This document shows, one piece after another, positions 37,301 to 46,300 of a stretch of 64,000 nt of DNA. The position numbers and the translations under genes are program-made. The notes under the pieces are model-generated. The model was not told the DNA's origin. It saw nothing but the letters and a program-made list of their open reading frames with translations, and ran no database searches. Each line of letters opens with the position of its first letter. The stretch's first letter is position 1. Origin of the DNA: Macrostomum lignano (taxonomy: Eukaryota); the NCBI GenBank assembly GCA_002269645.1, contig NIVC01001794.1, positions 124,001 to 188,000 on the forward strand, read 5' to 3'.

Positions 37301-40300
37301 CTGTTCTGCAGGCATCCGGCATTGTCCTGAGTCTAGGATTCAGCTGCATGCGTTTCATCTCCCTGGTCACATGAAGCTCAATAGCGAATCTGCTTCTCGA
37401 GTGTTCAGCCCAAAGCATGAGCTCGTGAGCTTTGCTGGCGCCACTATGGCTCTCTGTGTGTCTGTCTTACTAAGTTTGTCTCGCACACCATTTCTGCCGC
37501 GTCCTGCATCACCCTCCTTTCACAGATCAGAGCCGCGTTCCGCACGAACCTCTTACTCTAGCGTTCAAAACAGCCTCTTTGAGTGCAGTCTCTTTCATCC
37601 ACAGGCGTCGCCAGCACCTGACCCCACCCAGGATAACACTCGACTGGCTTTCGTCTTCCGCGGAGACCGACAACTTCTGAGCAGGCAGCCACACAGCACA
37701 GCCGCTGTGCCCTATGTAGCACAGCACATCTTCTCCTTCTGCCCTGCAACAGCCCTCTGCTTCCATCTTCCGCTGTGGCCGCTCATTGCTGTCTGCCTGC
37801 CCTGGTGGCCTCCGCCTGACCATCGGCAAGTCTAAGACCAACCAGTTCAAGATCGCCAGCAGCTGCTAGCCTTCCTTATTTAATGCCCACCGATCTGTCA
37901 TGTTGCTGCTCTCTAGACAGTCATCCGGGTCGAGCCGCAGCAGTCTCTGTTGTCTGTTCTGGGTGTCCACAGAGTCCCTTTGGCTGCCTCGGCCTTCATG
38001 CGTCTGATTAAGCGGGGCCTGTCGATTCGCGACATCCCAGGGGGCAACTTCTCAGGCAACAGTCTCCGCAGAAGCAGAGCCAGCCAGCGACGTCTTCCAC
38101 GTGCCTTGGTGACTGGCGCTCCGAATTCACCTTCCGCAATTGCTCGAACGATGCAGCTATTGCTCGTATGCGTTCTGCCGTCCAGCGGATTGTTACTTCT
38201 GTTAACTAACTTTGGTTCCTCTACTTCCCTCGCTTTTTTTCTTTCGGGGTTGGGGTCGTCTCTTTTTCGTTGCCTTTTGCTCGCTGCCACCCCGCCGAAT
38301 TTGTGTTTGTTTCTCTGCTGTGGGTTTGCGAGTCAAAGAAATTTTTCGTGAATTCCCTGGGCTAACATATGCTTCAGATTACTCGATCTATTCTACCACC
38401 CCAGTGAAACACTGCATCATCACTTCCGGCGACCCAGTTTTCTGCAACCCACGTCCTCTCTCTCCGGCAAAGTACACAGAAGCCAAGTCGGAATTTGAAA
38501 AGCTCCTTGAAAATGGGCATCCTTTGCCCGTCCTGCAGCCCTTTGGCTTTGCCCCTCAACATAGTCAAGAAAGCTGACGGACCGAGAAGACCCTGCGGCG
38601 ACTGCCGCGCCCTAAATAGCGCTACAATTCCCGACAGGTATCCACTTGCGCTTATCCAATATTTTCACCACTTACTCCACGGCAGCCAAATCTTTAGCAA
38701 ACTCAATTTGATCAAAGCTTACCACTTCATACCAGTCGCCGACAAGGACATCACTAAAACAGCAAGCTGTACACCGTTTGGCTCCTTCGAGTATGCCCGA
38801 ATGCTATTTGGGATGCACAACTTCATTTGTACTTTCCAAAGTTTCAACGACTCACTATTTGGCAAACCTGCTTAGCGTCATAACTTGCGTCTGCAATATT
38901 CTAATTCATACCGAATCAGAGAACGACCACCATCGAGATGTTAAGATTGTTTTTCTACAACGCCTTCACAAGGAGGGCCTTCGAGTTCAGTAGACCGAAT
39001 ACCACTTCTTCTAAAGTAGCATCGAGTTCCTTGGTCACCTAGCAGCCGGAATCCAGCCACTTTCGTTCCGTGTGGCAGCGCAGCGCAAAACCTCGCCTCC
39101 AGAGATTTTAAGAGCCTCACGAGTACATGGAATGTCTGCGTTCAAACAAAGCCGGGTTCTATCCCGATTTTTCGACTTATCCGTTTCTATATTTCTAGAA
39201 AGTTCTACTAAAAGATTAGATTAGGAGCCCACGTGAATGATAGGCGATTGCAAAGCCCGGATTTTAGCCGCTAATGCGCCCAATAGAAAAAAGTGAGCAG
39301 CTCTCTCGTTTTAACGCTCACCAGTAAGTCTGCGCTGAAATCAAAGAATATAAATCTCAAAAACATTTTCACAAAAGATTTCTAACTTCTTTGATATTTG
39401 ACCATAAAACCCTAATGAATATATTCGTAAAATGAGCTATTTCCATTTCCTACACAAATAACTTTAATTTCAAATACAACCTGTAACTTACCTGGCCATT
39501 CGCAGCGCACTGCTGCTCCAACTGAGACAAACGGTCCAAGCAAGTGCTCGCGTTCACGCATCCATTGGCTGCAGCGCAGTCGATCTCTCCCTGCATTTTA
39601 TTGAAAACAAGCACATACGAGCGTACGAGTTGCACTGTGCCTTTGCTTTTACATTTCTAACCACAAATAGAAATGTACGTGTAAACATCAGCTCCTCACC
39701 ATGCTGCAATTTATGCTTTGTCGACAAGGCGAACCGATCGGAACGCAACTCTTTGTTTCCAGACATGGCTCATATCCATACTGGCAGCCTCGACTGTACT
39801 CGACTCGGAGAATCTCGTCTCCGAAGTAGTTTCCGTCAGTCGGAGGCGCGTCCTGCTCCGGCAGCAGTCCGTTCCACAGTCTGCATGTTAAATTGACACT
39901 GCCCGGCTGTCTGAGTTGCACATAAAAGTATGAGCTCTCAACCGATAGCAGTAGGTATCCTGAGCCGAACTTTCTGACAGAAGCGCCGCCATAGTAGGTG
40001 TAGGCGTAGAGCGAATATTCGGTGTAGAGCGACGACGCCTCAATGTAGCAGTAGGCAGCCTTGCTCGGCGCCTCTCGACACAGCTGACGAACGTGGTCGT
40101 TGGGTGCGGAGTCGGGAAACTCGAACCGACCGAGACTGTCGCACCAAGGCGCAGATGCTGTCGACTGGTTCAATACTAAGCCTAAAATATTCCTTGGGTA
40201 GACATTGTCATACATGTATCCAGTGCCGTTCTTTTTCAGCACGACTGTCGGGAATCCAGCTGGTGGCGGTCGCGACTTCGGCGGAAGCAGGAATCCGTAG

Positions 40301-43300
40301 GTAGGCTGACACTCCGCGACTACTTGGCTGTCATTGTTAAAGTAGCGAACCCTCAGCTTTACCCACGATAGACTCGCATTGGAGCCGGCGTAGTTGGACA
40401 TTCCCAGAGCATCTGCGCTCACGCAGCTGTTATTATCGAGAAGCCTGTTGAGTGTAATTTCCTGTCCGATGCGGCTGTTGTCGAGCTTGTTGGATCCGAG
40501 TCTCATCACAGGAGGACCCACTTGCTGCACAACGGTGAAACGAACACTCAGATCCGCAGGAATGAAGCAGGAGTTTGTAGGCGACACGGACGTGATGATG
40601 GTCTTGTTGTTGGGACACGACCTCTTTGCCACCGCTTCATCGCACTGATCAGACTCGAGACACAAGTTGTATCCAGCATAACAGCGAACCATGGAAGGTG
40701 AGCCTGTCGTGGTCGAGTTTGTGGAGTAGTAGCTTGTCGAACTGCAGGTAACGCTTGCGTAGTCGCATGTGGACCATGACAAATACTGCGTCCTATTGTA
40801 GCACATGCCTTGCTTCGGACAAAAGTTCTGAAAGAACGCAATTAAGAAAACATTTTTATTTTTTATCCTGGGAAAAAATTGAACCAATTGTCTAAAGATC
40901 TTAGTAAGGCAATAACTATCCTATCCTAAGCATCATCACGATTTAAAAGAAAAACTGCGATGCGCACGTAACGAAAATGCTTAAATCCTTAAAATAGCAG
41001 AGCACATCTTCTCCTTCTGCCCTGCAACAGCCCTCTGCTTCCATCTTCCGCTGTGGCCGCTCATCGCTGTCTGCCTGCCCTGGTGGCCTCCGCCTGACCA
41101 TCGGCAAGTCTAAGACCAACCAGTTCAAGATCGCCAGCTGCTAGCCTTCTTTCCTTATGTAATGCCCACCGATCTGTCATGTTGCTGCTCTCTAGACAGT
41201 CATCCGGGTCGTGGTCAAAGCCTACCACTTCATACCAGTCGCCGACAAGGACATCACTAAAACAGCAAGCTGTACACCGTTTGGCTCCTTCGAGTATGCC
41301 CGAATGCTATTTGGGATGCACAACTTCATTTGTACTTTCCAAAGTTTCAACGACTCACTATTTGGCAAACCTGCTTAGCGTCATAACTTGCGTCTGCAAT
41401 ATTCTAATTCATACCGAATCAGAGAACGACCACCATCGAGATGTTAAGATTGTTTTTCTACAACGCCTTCACAAGGAGGGCCTTCGAGTTCAGTAGACCG
41501 AATACCACTTCTTCTAAAGTAGCATCGAGTTCCTTGGTCACCTAGCAGCCGGAATCCAGCCACTTTCGTTCCGTGTGGCAGCGCAGCGCAAAACCTCGCC
41601 TCCAGAGATTTTAAGAGCCTCACGAGTACATGGAATGTCTGCGTTCAAACAAAGCCGGGTTCTATCCCGATTTTTCGACTTATCCGTTTCTATATTTCTA
41701 GAAAGTTCTACTAAAAGATTAGATTAGGAGCCCACGTGAATGATAGGCGATTGCAAAGCCCGGATTTTAGCCGCTAATGCGCCCAATAGAAAAAAGTGAG
41801 CAGCTCTCTCGTTTTAACGCTCACCAGTAAGTCTGCGCTGAAATCAAAGAATATAAATCTCAAAAACATTTTCACAAAAGATTTCTAACTTCTTTGATAT
41901 TTGACCATAAAACCCTAATGAATATATTCGTAAAATGAGCTATTTCCATTTCCTACACAAATAACTTTAATTTCAAATACAACCTGTAACTTACCTGGCC
42001 ATTCGCAGCGCACTGCTGCTCCAACTGAGACAAACGGTCCAAGCAAGTGCTCGCGTTCACGCATCCATTGGCTGCAGCGCAGTCGATCTCTCCCTGCATT
42101 TTATTGAAAACAAGCACATACGAGCGTACGAGTTGCACTGTGCCTTTGCTTTTACATTTCTAACCACAAATAGAAATGTACGTGTAAACATCAGCTCCTC
42201 ACCATGCTGCAATTTATGCTTTGTCGACAAGGCGAACCGATCGGAACGCAACTCTTTGTTTCCAGACATGGCTCATATCCATACTGGCAGCCTCGACTGT
42301 ACTCGACTCGGAGAATCTCGTCTCCGAAGTAGTTTCCGTCAGTCGGAGGCGCGTCCTGCTCCGGCAGCAGTCCGTTCCACAGTCTGCATGTTAAATTGAC
42401 ACTGCCCGGCTGTCTGAGTTGCACATAAAAGTATGAGCTCTCAACCGATAGCAGTAGGTATCCTGAGCCGAACTTTCTGACAGAAGCGCCGCCATAGTAG
42501 GTGTAGGCGTAGAGCGAATATTCGGTGTAGAGCGACGACGCCTCAATGTAGCAGTAGGCAGCCTTGCTCGGCGCCTCTCGACACAGCTGACGAACGTGGT
42601 CGTTGGGTGCGGAGTCGGGAAACTCGAACCGACCGAGACTGTCGCACCAAGGCGCAGATGCTGTCGACTGGTTCAATACTAAGCCTAAAATATTCCTTGG
42701 GTAGACATTGTCATACATGTATCCAGTGCCGTTCTTTTTCAGCACGACTGTCGGGAATCCAGCTGGTGGCGGTCGCGACTTCGGCGGAAGCAGGAATCCG
42801 TAGGTAGGCTGACACTCCGCGACTACTTGGCTGTCATTGTTAAAGTAGCGAACCCTCAGCTTTACCCACGATAGACTCGCATTGGAGCCGGCGTAGTTGG
42901 ACATTCCCAGAGCATCTGCGCTCACGCAGCTGTTATTATCGAGAAGCCTGTTGAGTGTAATTTCCTGTCCGATGCGGCTGTTGTCGAGCTTGTTGGATCC
43001 GAGTCTCATCACAGGAGGACCCACTTGCTGCACAACGGTGAAACGAACACTCAGATCCGCAGGAATGAAGCAGGAGTTTGTAGGCGACACGGACGTGATG
43101 ATGGTCTTGTTGTTGGGACACGACCTCTTTGCCACCGCTTCATCGCACTGATCAGACTCGAGACACAAGTTGTATCCAGCATAACAGCGAACCATGGAAG
43201 GTGAGCCTGTCGTGGTCGAGTTTGTGGAGTAGTAGCTTGTCGAACTGCAGGTAACGCTTGCGTAGTCGCATGTGGACCATGACAAATACTGCGTCCTATT

Positions 43301-46300
43301 GTAGCACATGCCTTGCTTCGGACAAAAGTTCTGAAAGAACGCAATTAAGAAAACATTTTTATTTTTTATCCTGGGAAAAAATTGAACCAATTGTCTAAAG
43401 ATCTTAGTAAGGCAATAACTATCCTATCCTAAGCATCATCACGATTTAAAAGAAAAACTGCGATGCGCACGTAACGAAAATGCTTAAATCCTTAAAATAG
43501 CAGAGCACATCTTCTCCTTCTGCCCTGCAACAGCCCTCTGCTTCCATCTTCCGCTGTGGCCGCTCATCGCTGTCTGCCTGCCCTGGTGGCCTCCGCCTGA
43601 CCATCGGCAAGTCTAAGACCAACCAGTTCAAGATCGCCAGCTGCTAGCCTTCTTTCCTTATGTAATGCCCACCGATCTGTCATATGTTGCTGCTCTCTAG
43701 ACAGTCATCCGGGTCGTGGTCAAAGCCTACCACTTCATACCAGTCGCCGACAAGGACATCACTAAAACAGCAAGCTGTACACCGTTTGGCTCCTTCGAGT
43801 ATGCCCGAATGCTATTTGGGATGCACAACTTCATTTGTACTTTCCAAAGTTTCAACGACTCACTATTTGGCAAACCTGCTTAGCGTCATAACTTGCGTCT
43901 GCAATATTCTAATTCATACCGAATCAGAGAACGACCACCATCGAGATGTTAAGATTGTTTTTCTACAACGCCTTCACAAGGAGGGCCTTCGAGTTCAGTA
44001 GACCGAATACCACTTCTTCTAAAGTAGCATCGAGTTCCTTGGTCACCTAGCAGCCGGAATCCAGCCACTTTCGTTCCGTGTGGCAGCGCAGCGCAAAACC
44101 TCGCCTCCAGAGATTTTAAGAGCCTCACGAGTACATGGAATGTCTGCGTTCAAACAAAGCCGGGTTCTATCCCGATTTTTCGACTTATCCGTTTCTATAT
44201 TTCTAGAAAGTTCTACTAAAAGATTAGATTAGGAGCCCACGTGAATGATAGGCGATTGCAAAGCCCGGATTTTAGCCGCTAATGCGCCCAATAGAAAAAA
44301 GTGAGCAGCTCTCTCGTTTTAACGCTCACCAGTAAGTCTGCGCTGAAATCAAAGAATATAAATCTCAAAAACATTTTCACAAAAGATTTCTAACTTCTTT
44401 GATATTTGACCATAAAACCCTAATGAATATATTCGTAAAATGAGCTATTTCCATTTCCTACACAAATAACTTTAATTTCAAATACAACCTGTAACTTACC
44501 TGGCCATTCGCAGCGCACTGCTGCTCCAACTGAGACAAACGGTCCAAGCAAGTGCTCGCGTTCACGCATCCATTGGCTGCAGCGCAGTCGATCTCTCCCT
44601 GCATTTTATTGAAAACAAGCACATACGAGCGTACGAGTTGCACTGTGCCTTTGCTTTTACATTTCTAACCACAAATAGAAATGTACGTGTAAACATCAGC
44701 TCCTCACCATGCTGCAATTTATGCTTTGTCGACAAGGCGAACCGATCGGAACGCAACTCTTTGTTTCCAGACATGGCTCATATCCATACTGGCAGCCTCG
44801 ACTGTACTCGACTCGGAGAATCTCGTCTCCGAAGTAGTTTCCGTCAGTCGGAGGCGCGTCCTGCTCCGGCAGCAGTCCGTTCCACAGTCTGCATGTTAAA
44901 TTGACACTGCCCGGCTGTCTGAGTTGCACATAAAAGTATGAGCTCTCAACCGATAGCAGTAGGTATCCTGAGCCGAACTTTCTGACAGAAGCGCCGCCAT
45001 AGTAGGTGTAGGCGTAGAGCGAATATTCGGTGTAGAGCGACGACGCCTCAATGTAGCAGTAGGCAGCCTTGCTCGGCGCCTCTCGACACAGCTGACGAAC
45101 GTGGTCGTTGGGTGCGGAGTCGGGAAACTCGAACCGACCGAGACTGTCGCACCAAGGCGCAGATGCTGTCGACTGGTTCAATACTGGGCCTAAAATATTC
45201 CTTGGGTAGACATTGTCATACATGTATCCAGTGCCGTTCTTTTTCAGCACGACTGTCGGGAATCCAGCTGGTGGCGGTCGCGACTTCGGCGGAAGCAGGA
45301 ATCCGTAGGTAGGCTGACACTCCGCGACTACTTGGCTGTCATTGTTAAAGTAGCGAACCCTCAGCTTTACCCACGATAGACTCGCATTGGAGCCGGCGTA
45401 GTTGGACATTCCCAGAGCATCTGCGCTCACGCAGCTGTTATTATCGAGAAGCCTGTTGAGTGTAATTTCCTGTCCGATGCGGCTGTTGTCGAGCTTGTTG
45501 GATCCGAGTCTCATCACAGGAGGACCCACTTGCTGCACAACGGTGAAACGAACACTCAGATCCGCAGGAATGAAGCAGGAGTTTGTAGGCGACACGGACG
45601 TGATGATGGTCTTGTTGTTGGGACACGACCTCTTCGCCACTGCTTCATCGCACTGTGTCTGTCTTAGACACATATTGTAACCGGAATAGCATCGGATCAG
45701 AGGCTCAGTGCTGGTGCTGGTGGCATTGTCGCACGGGCTGCTCATGTAACTGCAGGTGTCCCAGGGCATGTAAACAGTTCTGTTGTAGCAGATTCCTTGT
45801 TTAGGGCAGAAGTTCTAAAAAATATTTGTTAGATTATTATCTTTTTCACTTGGAAAGAAGTACGTAGTTGAAGGTAAAATTTTAGAGTTTCCATGCGTGT
45901 CAATGTGTGTACTATTGTTTTCTTGCAAGTCGGTGAATTTCGGGTGGACGGTGTACATTGGAGATCCTCGTACATATGCTTTGTATTGTTGTCTGCCATC
46001 CCAGAAGGCAAAGTGAATCTGCCCTTGTAGCTGCGAATGTTTTTTCGAAGATATAAGAATATGAGTCAAATTAAATTAAGTGACTCAAGAGCTGTTAAAC
46101 TGACGTAAATGCTCGTAGATTTTTATGCGACTCATAACTGTGCATGAGAATTTGTTTTCTGATAAGTAGAACGAACAGAATGCAGCGCGTATACCAGTCA
46201 AATTTGGAAAATTTGTGATACGCAAATTTTTATTTGCTATTCCACCAGGGTGTATTAGAGACCGTCTACTGAAGAGAAGCAGGAAAAGAATTTGAAGCGA

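Larger units (their letters stand above)
38708..45650. repeat. Near-perfect direct tandem repeat, period 2,503-2,505 bp, ~2.8 copies (exon pair plus introns plus TE fragments)
   Basis: Identical ORF sets recur at offsets of +2503 and +2505 (e.g. 39450/41953/44458). The few differences I saw include a 2-nt insertion near 43682 and ILGLVLN versus ILGPVLN. Confidence 0.95.
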
